Positions 1 through 12,309 of a stretch of DNA of 39,539 bases are shown here, piece after piece. Numbering within the stretch: the first letter of the stretch is position 1; each line of letters begins with the position of its first letter. Position numbers and translations under genes: made by a program. Below the pieces are notes generated by a model. It was given only the letters and a program-made list of their open reading frames with translations. It made no database searches and was not told the DNA's origin. The DNA comes from Basidiobolus meristosporus CBS 931.73 (taxonomy: Eukaryota > Fungi > Basidiobolomycota), in the NCBI GenBank assembly GCA_002104905.1, contig MCFE01000749.1, positions 1-39,539 of the forward strand. Direction: 5' to 3'.

Positions 1-2497
1 TATTTTCTTCGTGGAACTCCCTTTTTTGCGTCCGCGTCCCCTGACTTAGAGGCCAATCATAGGCACCGCCGCATCTTGGTCCGTCTTCAGGAAAACAATC
101 AGATCCCTTCCAGCACTCACTACACCAGGACCTTCCAATCAGCCATCAGGGCCGCATTGACCACAGTCACAATTATGAGCTCCCTAGCCGCTACGACTGC
201 AAGCGAGCCACGTTGCCCCGCTCGCACTAGACGGCAGCAGCCCAGCTAAGATTCAGTGCAATATCGACAACCCAATACCAGGAGGACCGTGTTGGCATGA
301 TCCAGCCCAGCACCAACCCTTTTGGTGCGCCATGCTTACGGCGATCTGCACACGCAGAACCAACCGCCATGAGGCACCTTGGGCATTTTGCCCATTGATA
401 AACCCTTATTTGACAGCCGATATTTGATCGTGGTGGCAAATGGTGGCCAAGAAATTCGCGGTCAAATGTATACCACCCAGATTCCGGGATTTGCCTCTAA
501 GGAGCGGTGCAGAGTTCTCCGGAGACCCACGTCAGCCTGGCTTCACGACGGCAATCCCTTGGAGCGAGTAATGGTCGGATAGATATGTGGCGTGGTGCGC
601 CATGGACGTACAGCTACTGACCAATGTGGTGGATAGAGCTTTCCCTCGAGTGTAGAAAAATTTCCTGAACTTATGAGACTCCTTCCAAGTGATAAAGTTT
701 TTGCGAGAGAACGCCACTGCCATTAGCTGGCAAACCCCGGCTGGAGGGCTGATGCTAATGTAGCGACAGCTGCTAGCTAAGCCACGCTGGCTTGCGGCGG
801 CTTCGGGGCAGATGTCAGAAACATCATGGCGGTTGTTTCGGTGGCGGATACGGTCGAGCCATGGATGTAACCCTGAACCTGACCTTCACCCTTCTTGGAG
901 TCTGGTACCATACGTCAGCGCTCGATGCCAAACGGCAAACCCAACTCGATCTGCAGTTACCCACTCCAAGCTGATACTTGCGCACGGTTAATATATTGCG
1001 CCTGAAATGGGAATGATAGTCCATCGACCAATTCATGCGGTGATGTCATCCAAAAAAAATACGAATTCTATCATTAAAAATCAAATCCAATTAGGAATCG
1101 GTCGAAACGGTCAGTAGAGCCTCACAATCCACTGGTGCTCGCCAAAAATGGTCACGGAAGTCACCAAACATAGACCGCGCGAAATACGTTCACATCAGAT
1201 ACTGGGATGAGAATCAGGTGCCCACCGGCACGGAAGCTAGCTTGATGCATCTAGCCAGCATCGACGGTTTTCACCGGCAAAGTGGGCCACTCTGATGTGC
1301 ATTCAGAGCCTATAACAGCGTACCCATCAATCCTCCAGTTTAAGAGGCGAGGTGCATTGGAGAATTTGTGACTCGGCACAAACAGAGGGCCGCACCGCAG
1401 CCCTGTTAGAACCAGCATTGGATGTTGTTTGGAAAACGGCGCTTGGCATACGTTTCTGAACCAGAAAATCCGTATGGCAAGCCAGTTATAGCAACTCTTT
1501 GGACAAAATGAAGAGCACGGTAAGGATCGGAAGGACACTTGAGGCTACAATTTGGTGAAGAATATCACTGTTTTCAGAAGTTCGAGAGCTTGATCGGTCT
1601 CCTGGGGACTTTTGGACAATTGAACACGGTGAAATCAGACTTCTCCATTTCGATTAGAAGGTAGCAAAGATGGCAGCTTTGGGATGCTGCACGTAATTGC
1701 GGATGAATGGAACGCTTTAGAGAGGTCTTGAAATTTGCATCCAGGATTCTATCGAACACCCAGCGGGTGGCAAGATCAGATATCGATAATGGAGATGTAT
1801 GAGGTGTCAAAATGATAAGCTTCAAAGCGGAGTCGCATGTACATGATCTTCCTATTCGTATGATTCCCGGCCAAAGCTGAGCTGCTTGTTGACATTCTGT
1901 AGGACGAATTTGATGGTGCCTCTATCCCATTGCTCGAGGTTGTGCGTTGGATCGTGAGGAATCCACACTGATGGTCTATATCCCATTACTTGACTGGATC
2001 AGACCTGATCAAAAGAATGAACGATCTAGATTTGGGTTTTGAGATTCAAGGTTTCATTGGCGCCTTTGATGTTCGTGTTTAACAATAGCCCAAATTCGGC
2101 GTCAATGCGTTATTTTTACTTCCAAAAGTGGACTTGATGGGGATCAACGTAGGGTCACCTTTTGGAGACTCCATCCAAACACAAATGGTCCCCTTGTAAC
2201 ACAACGATATTTCTATTGCAAGGAATCCGTCAGGATGGCCACTTGCTATTGTTTACACTTGGCAGAGAGTGATCGTGCATGCACAGAGACTCGCCGGTGA
2301 TACCCCTACCGAACTGGACAAGTAACAATAGATTGTAGAACTATAAGCATTCAATGCTTCAATACTAGCACATAGAGTAGTTTTGAATCTGAGTTGATGA
2401 ATGTTTCTGGGACTTCACAGCTGTTGAATTATGGAAAAGACTGGAAATTTCAAATAACTTGATCTAGTATAAGTGTGTAAGTAATGAAGAATAATTC

Positions 2498-3455
2498 CAC
2501 CTAAATATTCACCTAACTTAGTCACTTAGATCATTACCTTCAAATCCTAGAGAATACTGACCAAATTCCTTGTCGGGATTTACTTAGAATATTTACCCAG
2601 AACATGAAAATTCTCAGAGTTGTCCAAACAGCCCCAAACTTTGCTCACATGCTCTTGGGACCTTCCTTAGCCTATTCTACGTGTTTGTAATGCCAAGACC
2701 AGGTAAAAGTATAAATACTACTTTGACATTCAATAAATCACTAAGTGAAAACCACATAATCTACTTGTTCTCCCAATCACTTCCAATATCTCCAAGACTC
2801 TTACAACAGAATCATTGTCTACAAATCTTAGAGAATTCTGGCCAAACTCCTTGTTGGGATTTACTCAGAATATCTTCACTAAAACATCAGGTACCAGAGC
2901 AAGAAAAATCTCCAAGTTTTCTCTAAAACATCATGCGTATCCTATTTTGCACATCAGTACTTAGATTGTTCAGGGTAGTGCTTGTTGTAAAAGTTTGTAA
3001 TTGCACCTAAATATTCACCTAACTTGGTCACTTAGGTCATTACCTACAAATATTAGAGAATTGTGACCAAACCCCTTGTTGGGATTTACTTTGAATATTT
3101 TCACCAAAATGTCAGGTATCCATAACATGTATTTTCTCGAAGTTGTCCAAGCAGCCCCAAACTTTGCACACATATTCTTGGGTCCTTTCTGAACATATTT
3201 CGTGTGTTTGTTTGGCTAAGACTATGTAAAAGTATAAATACTACTTTTACATTCAACAAATCATTGAGTGAAAACCACATAATCTACTTGTTCTCCCAGT
3301 CACCTCCAGTTTCTCCAAAACTCTTGCAACGCCAAGAACATGTGTTTGAAGTTTGAAGGGCTTTGGACAGCTTTGAGATTTTTTCATGTCCTGGGTGCCT
3401 AATATTTTGGTAGAATATCTTGCTCAAATACTTGTCGGGATTTGCTTAATGTATT
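2498..3455. repeat. AT-rich degenerate repeat cluster (two ~310-330 bp direct copies, a partial third subunit and an inverted subunit); possible non-autonomous transposon relic
   Basis: CACCTAAATATTCACCTAACT...ACTCTT(A/G)CAAC occurs at 2498-2807 and 3004-3330. The subunit AGAGAAT..CCAAA..CCTTGT.GGGATTTACT recurs at ~2825-2895. A reverse-complement copy of the ...GTTGTCCAA.CAGCCCCAAACTT segment lies at ~3350-3425. No coding signal. Confidence 0.75.
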
Positions 3456-4516
3456 CTAAGATTCATATGCTATGATCTGAGTGACCAAGTTGATGGAATA
3501 TATAGGTGTAATTACGAAATTTACAATCATGCCAACCCCTGCATGCTCCTTGATCTCCCAAGTATGGCTTTGAGCAAAAGTCAGTCGTGCTTGCCACCAT
3601 ATCTCCAGATACAGAGTGGAGACGTGCATCATGCTTGTATTCCACTGCGCATCCAATGCAATGGCAGAAGTATACACACTCACCGCATTCATTCCTACAA
3701 TGTGGTCCCAACTAGGATGGGGATTCGAATTTTCGGCCAACTGAATACTGCTTGGTGGCATGAACTTGAGTAGAAAAAGGTCAGCCACGGGAATAGGCCG
3801 TTTGTAGACCCAGTGAAAGGGGCTTCGTGAGCCGGCATAGAGAGAGTGTGTCGGAGATTGGTGGTACCAGGGCGAGTAGAAAACTAAACATCCCATGACA
3901 AAAGCCTCCCGGCCACCCCAAGGTACCATCTCTGAAGCAGATGGGGATGCACGTTGGATCGATTGGTTTGAAACCACCACGGATTTGGTGACTGGTTTGG
4001 TGGCGTTGTTTCTGACATGTCTGGTTGGGTGTGGGTTTGTTAGAAGTGCAGAAAAACCCCCCTACCGCCGCCCAAAAATGATCCCGCGGAATATGGTAAA
4101 CGATCGGTTTATTTATGGTCGATCAAACTGGATCTGGGGTGGAACTTCGGGGGAGGAGGGTGCACAAAGTGGACAAGTATGGTGGGTGTGCAAAGCGGAA
4201 TGGGTAGATATTAGCATGCTCCTTGGCAGAGGGTTTTCTTGGCGAATAGTCGCATTACATTAGTAGGCACTTCGGGTGACGGTCTGTAAATGTTGATGTC
4301 GAAGTTGGAGGAGGGGGGGGGGAATTTATATCTATCGATATATGATGAGTAGGATAGGTGCCAATCAAAACGTACGATACTTGCTAAGGAGCATCATAAA
4401 CCAGCAAGAAGAGATTATATGCAAAGAGGAGCGATTATGTATATTCACAGGGCATGCTGAAGCTGAAACGGATGCTGATGTGGTTGGTTTACTAAAATAT
4501 CGAGCTATCGGGAGAT

Positions 4517-5814
4517 TCAGACATTGCGAAGCTCGTAGTTCTCGTTGCTGTGGTCGGTTCTCTCTAGCATGGGTGATTGTGGAAGAGCATCCCCATTCTC
4601 GAGCTGGCGCCCGGTTATGTAGCGCACGGGAATCTACAGGAAAAGGGGTTTAGTAGGCAGCGGGATGAACAATCCTCGTGACTACTTACGTGACTGTTGC
4701 GATAGTCAAGTGAATGCATCCACATGAAGTCGAAATGTAGTTGGTAGGCGAAATACGACGAGATCAACCCGAGAATACCACCGAAGAGAAGCTGATAGAA
4801 AAAGTGGTTGAAGTCCAGAATACGGCTTGCGCTCACCCAGACGGCCACTACCAACGGTAGAATCACTGTGATCACAAGCTAGATGGCTGGTTAGCGCCCA
4901 TGATGCCAGGGGTTGCCTATTTCTTCGAGCTAGATACCTTCCAAAAATGATGGGTGCCATTGTAGACCTTGAGCTTCCCAAACATGTAAAGGGAGAAATA
5001 AGACCAGCCACAAAATGCCGTCGAGGCATGCCCACTGGGAAAGCTGGACAAGGGTTTAGAAGGAGTCGAGCGAGGCGATTCAAAGCAATTCGAACTGTAC
5101 CCATGAAAGTCGTCTTTGACTAGTGGATTCCGGCAGATGTCAATGGTATAGTAAACGGTCCCCTCAACGATCTTGTTAGGATCTGGATTACACTTAGCTA
5201 GAAAATTGGGTCGCAGGCCGCCAATGATGACCCAAAATATGGATGTCATGAATAGGGTGATCACTGTATCGACACACTTAGGTTAGTACTGGAAGACGAT
5301 GGGTGAGCTGATGCTCTGTGGATACGTACATGCTGCCTGCGCGAGGCCAAGGGTCATATGATACGCATCCCACTTGTTTCCTATGAAGATCAGGTTGAAA
5401 ATAAGCAGGATAACCCAGGGCGCTATTAGGTTGATGAAAGGAGCCGCAACATTGGTGACAATGGGTGTGACTATTGGATGCTGGAGACTAGTATCGTCCA
5501 GTCGGAAGTACTTTTTCGGCGGGACAGGGCCAAGGAAGAACCTAATCAAAAACGGCTGGTAAGACCCAGTTGTCTGAATCAAACAAATCCATTGCGATGC
5601 ATACTGACCATAGCACAAAAAACCCCAAAATCAGTGGGACGAGCCAGTCCAATACGTGCGCGGCGTATGGCCGCTTTCTACGGTCTGGCACATCGAAAGG
5701 ACTCTCTTGGCAACGAGGAAAGTCTGTAGAACGATAGGGAGTGAAATAGTCCTTGGAGAGGGTGATCCAAGGGAACCAACGTCGTCGAGTGGGTGGTGAG
5801 CTATCTAACGACAT
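4517..5814 (-). CDS. PAP2-family lipid/diacylglycerol-pyrophosphate phosphatase-like membrane protein (DPP1/LPP1-like), 6 exons
   Basis: Joining ORFs 5542..5886, 5283..5618, 4917..5264 and 4615..4875 across five GT-AG introns gives MSLDSSPP...GGLRP...FPSGHAS...SRILDFNH...YELRNV*. These are the three PAP2 motifs in order with the expected TM segments. ATG at 5814, TGA at 4519-4517. Confidence 0.9.
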
Positions 5815-7528
5815 GCTAATGTGCAAGTGCTTTAGGAATGGAGCTGGTGTGGCGCAGATTGAAAGTACTCTCAGTGGGTTGGCCAATCGTGTCTTTTATG
5901 TCACATCGCCTCTTAACGGATTTACCCATTATGGCAGTGAGAGATATCATCGTTTGATAATTGGCTCCGCAAGAACATTATGAAGTAAGGAGTGTCGATC
6001 CATATTAGGGAAGCCCATGACATCAGGAATGCTCATTAGTATTACAGTTGAAACAGAGATGGATTCCCCAATTATATGCTATATCTCATTGTTCTCCTTG
6101 TGCTAAGCGCTGCAAGAAAGCACGCATTGTATACCAATCACTCTTCCGGAGTGCGCAAAGAAGGTTTACATGCTACCTACCGAGGATGGGTAACATGTCA
6201 AGTATGCACAACGGCTGCATGGAAGCTACGTCGCAAGCCCGGCGCGAGTGACGGGATCTGTCAACTCCGCCATTCTGTTGGGACACAGTCGGGATCGCTT
6301 TCGAGCATCTTGAAATGATTAGTCGGTTCGTAAATTAAGAGCTTGATTACAGCTGATGACGTAGAAGCCACTATATTTGTATCAGCATCATAACATCACA
6401 TGAAAGGCATCAGGTTGAGTTTGAGTACCAGCAGCCCTAACTAACAAGAGCACTAGCTATTCTAGGATTGGGCGGCTTCTGAACTTCATGATTCTGAAAC
6501 CACATATGCATATTGTGTGTACGTCGCAATTCCTTAGCAACATCAAGACCAAGGATATCGTGGGCCGGAATTCAGGCATTGCCATAGAATGATTATCCGA
6601 TGATCGAGATAGCAACCTGGCATTCCAGCCAAGAATATGTTTCGACAGGCTATGCTCGTCTACGCATGTTTACACCAATCATCCTGATACCATCATGCAT
6701 CAAGCCCACACTTGGATCAACTGCTCGTGAGCACAGAACTAAGTTGATATGTGATCCTTGAATGGTTTGCCTGGCCAATGAGACACCTATATCTACGTTG
6801 GCTTTAGGGGGTAAAATATCGCCAAAGCTAAAGCCGGAGTTTAAGTAAGCTCTTGGTAGCTGTACTCTCACCGAGCCATCGAATTCTTTGAGCCTCACCG
6901 GTGCTAACGATACCCATTACAACCAAACCTTATGGACATCGCGCCTTGGGAAGACGTCATTTGCAACAAGGCCAAGGAGATGACACTATGAGAAGCCGAA
7001 AACGACCCGCCTTTTGCCTAAACTCCACCTGGATAACTTCAATCGGTGTGTGCTTGACTTCTATCCAGAAACACCTCCGGTGTCTCGACCAAACGGCTAG
7101 ATACTGGCAGACTGAAAAATATGTACAAAACCTCGTACTTCAGTACGCTTGCGGCAGTTCACCGAATTCTCTATCGGCCGATCCAAAAGGAGTGCCAATC
7201 TATCGAATTTATTTTTATCCTTGGATATCTGCTAATATGTTTATTTTTGTGAACTAATTTATTCACGAAAATTCGTGGATTCGCAAGATCTATATAAGAT
7301 CCGAGGGAGTTTGTCTAAGCTTGCAGACCACCTGATTAGATTGATACTCTCATCAACCCATATTTTCCTTTGGTTTTAGACTTTTTTGCCCATCAAGCGC
7401 GTCTCTTTTCATAATTTCCGTATCGTAAGGAGCCCTTAATTTAGACCCTAGCACGCGCTCGTGTATATTCTTGCGTCTCCGTTTTCCCTCCATTTTTCAC
7501 ACCAGCCAAAGAAGCCCCCTATACTAGT

Positions 7529-8167
7529 ATGTCCGGAGAGAACCTTGGCGACGATCACGATGACATAAGAGAGCAGGATCGTCTCTTGCCTATTGCAAAC
7601 GTAGCGCGCATCATGAAGCGCAGTCTTCCAGACAACGCGAAGATTGCGAAAGAAGCAAAGGAGACCATTCAAGAGTGCGTCTCAGAGTTTATCTCCTTTA
7701 TCACTAGCGAATATCCTTTTCCCCCTTCTGCTCTGCTCAATTCCCCCAACCAACCATAGAGTTCCTTGACTTCTTTATCTTTTACAGCTAGCGACCGTTG
7801 TATACAAGAGAAGAGAAAAACCATCAACGGGGAGGATATTCTCTGGGCCATGCAGTCTCTCGGCTTTGAAAACTATGCGGAGGTTCTGAAGATATATCTG
7901 AGCAAATACCGTGAGGTAAGCCATATCGGAGCTGCAATCCTGCTCTGCAACCAAATAACCAAGCTCACCTCCACCTCCCCTACTCCATAGACCATCAAGA
8001 TCGACAAAACGAGCGGCGGGTATAAGGATGATGAAGGCGGCGAGTCCTCAAACGTTCTTTTCCAGCAAACACAGGAGCAGACTCAGCAGCATCTCCAACA
8101 CGCCCAATATCCCTCCAACTATTACACAGGGCAAACGACATATCAGCAGCACACCAACGAGTTTTGA
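7529..8167 (+). CDS. HAP3: CCAAT-binding factor subunit Hap3 / NF-YB (histone fold), 3 exons: 7529-7710, 7786-7915, 7991-8167
   Basis: [48 protein letters not shown]|[43 protein letters not shown] is the canonical NF-YB core, followed by a Gln-rich tail. Confidence 0.97.
7711..7785 (+). other. U12-type (minor spliceosome) AT-AC intron
   Basis: 5' end ATATCCTTTT, branch site TTCCTTGAC (7762-7770), 3' end TTTAC. Removal restores the conserved FITSE-ASDRC in frame. Confidence 0.93.
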
Positions 8168-9074
8168 TCTTCCTATTTGAAAAGTTTTGTCTCCAATATC
8201 TTTGCACTCGGTACAGTACATGTATTGTATATAGTAGTAGTCTCTCCTTTATTTAAACTTTTCCAAGCCCCTTGCCCTTGTATAAGAAATTAGAACACAG
8301 TTTGGTATATTTTCTATTTCTGAGTGATCCCTCACTTGACTGGTTATAGATGATTCCATAAGTAGCCACTTCTCCTTTCTCACTTCACTTCTTTCCTCTC
8401 CTCTCCCAAAGGCTCTCGCCCCCCGTTCCCGGTCTTTTCAATAGAATTTATTGAGTGATTTCTTGATTTTTCCCTCTCCCCGTCCATTTTCCCAGTAATT
8501 CCTGACTTGATGGATCTTTCCCCATAGTGTATTATCCATGTGATGGTCGGCGTTGATTTATTGAAGTATTCCAGAATAAAACCCATCTCAAATATCCACA
8601 TGCCAAGTTGGCCTTGCCAATACTAGCCACAGGTTTCCGAGAGGGGGTATTCGCCAGGATCCAGATGCAGACAGCCACATTACATCATGAGAAACAGGCG
8701 TTGCTTGAGATGGCTGACATCGCTGTGCGACGGACGGGATCATCTTGGCGTACCCCTGTAAGCACAGGCTATGGATCACGACTTGACTTGGAGAGATGTC
8801 ACGTCTTCGACCATATTAGTCCGAGTTGGCAGGCAGGCAGGAAGTGCCTGTCCATAGCCACCCGCCTATTGGGAGAAGGGGAGATTTGGGTTGGTAACAA
8901 TGCATGCACAACGTTCCAATCATATCGATGCTGGAAATGGAAATGTGGTCTTTAATATATTCAAATTTACACTTGGAATGGGAACGATCGGTTCTACGAA
9001 ATCACTTCGGAAACATGTGATGTAACAGGTATGCAGAAGGATCCCATCCCACGGCAGGTCGTTTGTATGGGCGG

Positions 9075-12000
9075 TTACTCGGTCTCCATCCTCCACTCCA
9101 AAATAATCGACGAGATGAGATAAACGGCAAAATTGGTGATCAGTATGATCCCGAGGGACAGCGGCAGTCGGAACTTGTAGTAGAACGCGAGCAAAACCCC
9201 ACTTAGAATCACCACGCTGAAGAGTAAAAATGAGAATCCCAACCAGATGGTCGGGGAGATCGGGGGTAGCGTGATGGTCGCTGCTGACAGGCTCGTTCCT
9301 GCTGGCTTCATCTGGAAGCATCCTATCAGGAGGGTGATTCCCAACGTCAGTAATAGGTTCTGAATAGGCCCGGTCCAGACTGCGGTGAATGCCACTCTGA
9401 AGTAACCCGCTCTGGCAATGGCGACGTCAGCGAACAAATCGCCCAGCGAGTTCCCCCATGCGAGTACTGTCAGCCCAATGATTGCCTTCGATAGAGACAA
9501 AATCGTCCCAAGGGATGCTAGCAGGGCAACGATCTCATTAGATAATAGGTATATCCACAAGATGGACATCACGAACGTAACAAATGAGCACAGTAGTTCA
9601 TATATATACAAAACGGCAACAATCTTGATGGAGCGGAGTGGGATGTGGCCCGGGGTGGATTCGGAGTACACTCCCCTGCAGTATGCCATCAGAAGGAACT
9701 TCAAGTATCTAGCGATGTTTCTTTCATCCGTCGATAGCGAAATAGGCTCTCCATTGGTGCTGGTATTTAGTGAAGGCGAGTACAATGTGGTTGACGATGG
9801 TGTGGGTGAGCTACTGGATCTGGGGCTTAGCAAGGACTTTGCGTCAAGATACTCGGCAAAGCCGCTTCCGAAGTCCGTGGCGATGGTCAAAATGGGGTAG
9901 GCAACGAGGAATCCGAGAAGAAGCAGTGCCCCTGCTACTATGAGTATGGCTAGCCGGCCAGTTCCACGCAGGTCAAACCCTGCCAGATAGATTACCAACA
10001 AACTTGCGACGATTGGATATGTTGTGTTAAGGATTCGGTATTTTAAGAAGCGATGGACCGGGACGTGGGTTAGATGATAGATGAATCGAATCATGGCTTT
10101 GCGTGGTAGTGGCCACCACCAAGGTGCGTTTCGGACATTCTCGGAGGCAGTTGCATTGTCGAAGGAGCGGATGACGGAGTTGCTGGGCGAGCTGGCCATG
10201 AACACCGAGTTGGTTAGCTCTGGCGATGCCGGAATCTTGGGGGTATCCGATGCATTGCTGCTTTGAGCACTGATGGACATAAACGATCTTTGGGAGGTGG
10301 AGGGGCGAACACAGCGGATAGAGTCCTTGCGTCCCATACATCTAGCGTAAGTGCTAGACGTGGAAGGAACAACCACGTTAGAGTCGGAGCTGGGGACAGT
10401 CAGCAGCTTTCCCTGGCGTGTTGGTGAGCCACACTGCTGGATATTCTCACTGGAGTGTTTGATGCTATCCGAGCTTAGCGAGATGGGCTGCTTTTCATGC
10501 TCAACATGGCAGCCACACGCATATCGAATGATGTTTGTACTGACGATATCCTCTGCATACTCTTCAGGGTTCTGAGAGTTCATGGCGATCTCCTCAAGGT
10601 TGTCTTCATCCTCCTCTCGAATGTCGTCATCGACCTCGCTAATCATGTCCGAAAGGAATGGTGGCATGGAGAGGCATATCAGCAAACGGATAGGGATCAA
10701 GAAGATCCAGATTACAGTGCAGAAGACGCTGGCACCAGACTTGATCCACTGAAACACCGATGTTGGCTTCGAGATCCGGCAGCTGTCTTTGATGGAGTTG
10801 ACGATGTCGCTGTCTTCATACAAATGCAGCTTCGCCAGAGACCATAGGGACCGGACTGTGCTCTTCGGTGGTGCCTCTTTTTCCATGTACACCTCCGAAA
10901 ACTTGTCATTGATATCTGACAGGTCGGATGGTTCCTCCGTGACCGTCACCGTGGGAACTGCTCTGTTCTGGATCCTTGCAAGCTCTTCGGTGCCAGTGGT
11001 GATCGGGCCCGGTTTGTTTGCCCTTAAAAGTTGACTGCGCTCCCTGGGAACCGTTGCTGGCGCCTCATGACTAATGCTGAGTTTTGTTAAAAAGCCATCC
11101 CATTTCCACAGTGGCGAAAAAGTATACTAACCTTTCGTCGGATGCATCAGGATTCCCGATATCCGCGTCGGTCACCACCAGTCTGGGGATCGATAGTCCT
11201 AGTACGTTCGGTGATTCCTCCACTGGGGTGGAAGGGATGGATTTGAGATCCGGAGTCGTGGAGTTCAAAGGCGGTGCTTCAATGTTGGTGTCTAGATTCG
11301 ATTGAATGGATTCCATAGAAGTCCCGCGCTCAAGTGAAACTGGTTCGAGGGCGATTTGATGGGATCTCAGATTCCTTGGCTTATTTTGTTGACGTTTCTT
11401 TTTAAGGTAGAAGTGTCTGCAGATGAAGAATCCTAAAAAGAAGAGATAGTAGAGCAGCAGGATGACCGGTTCAAACCAATGGACTGTGCCGTCGTCAAAT
11501 ATCACCAGCAGGATGACCACAGCGATGGTGTAGATGGTCAAGTTACGAAGGTGGGAGAACTTGTCGATGGCCAAGCCACGGAATTTGACCACAAGGTTCG
11601 AGAAGGAGTACTCCTTGGAAGGCTTGAGTCGAAGGGCCCTGGTGAAGGACTGTAGTCTTCTTCTCAACCTCACGAAGGATTCAGGGTTGCTGGTTGAAGG
11701 CCGTCTTTCCAGATTTGCTCGTGGCGAATCCGGTCGCTGCGGCTCAACAGGGTTGTGTTGAGGAGCAGACAGTGAAGCGTTTTTGTGGCGGTAGTACGAG
11801 GCTACTATGATGCTCCCCAAGACGATGTTGAGAATGAACATGCCGCTTCCCACTGTCGCGCCAAATATCAAATCGAAGTCTCCAGAGCTGACCCCCGCAA
11901 ACGCCGTGAACAAATCAGGGGCGCCGTTACCGAAGGAGAGAAGAGTCAGGCCAGCGACCTCGCTACTCAGCCTCAAGTGGTCAGAAATATTCTGGAGGGC

Positions 12001-12309
12001 AGTGGTGAGGTGAACGTCACTGACTCGGAATAGGGAGTAGAAATAAGCTACTATTAAAAATGCAGATAGTATGAAAAAGCTCGCTTCTCTCGAGGGCAGT
12101 GTGCAATAACGAAGCTGCAAATAATCTATCAGCCCTGCCTCGTCCCCACAGTATGCACGTACGAATGCGCAAGGATCGTAGTGGGTGTTTGGCTTTGTGC
12201 ATTTTGTGTTGGTGTCATCGGTAGAGCCGGTGTTTTGTGCGTTGGCTAGGGCGCTGAGAAGGACTAGGATCAGCAACGCGAGGTGAGGCCGAATAAAGGT
12301 CTCTTTCAT
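9075..12309 (-). CDS. Cation/Ca2+ exchanger, CCX/NCLX (NCKX6-like) family, ~1050 aa, one intron at ~11080-11132
   Basis: N-terminal signal-like segment, alpha-1 repeat GLTLLSFGNGAPDLF and alpha-2 repeat GLTVLAWGNSLGDL (GNGAPD / GNSxGD are CCX signatures). ORFs 11071..12309 and 9075..10949 join through a GTTAGT...CAG intron. Confidence 0.92.

Noticed and set aside
297-332. Peptide MIQPSTNPFGAP resembling the start of a Ty3/gypsy RT
   Set aside because: No downstream RT motifs (DYRxLN, KTAF, MPFGL, YxDD) could be followed in any frame. Too short to call.
1251-2300. Stop-riddled minus-strand frames that look like a decayed gene
   Set aside because: No recognisable family motif or consistent splice structure.
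3456-4263. Overlapping 76-174 aa ORFs including a Cys-rich stretch (CRNECGECVYFCHCIGC)
   Set aside because: Mutually overlapping frames, no signal peptide or known domain; cannot tell which, if any, is real.
6048-7257. Several short ORFs between PAP2 and HAP3
   Set aside because: No homology recognised and no coherent exon chain.
9418-12033. Plus-strand ORFs (e.g. 9418..9900, 10497..10847)
   Set aside because: Antisense shadows of the CCX exchanger coding sequence.
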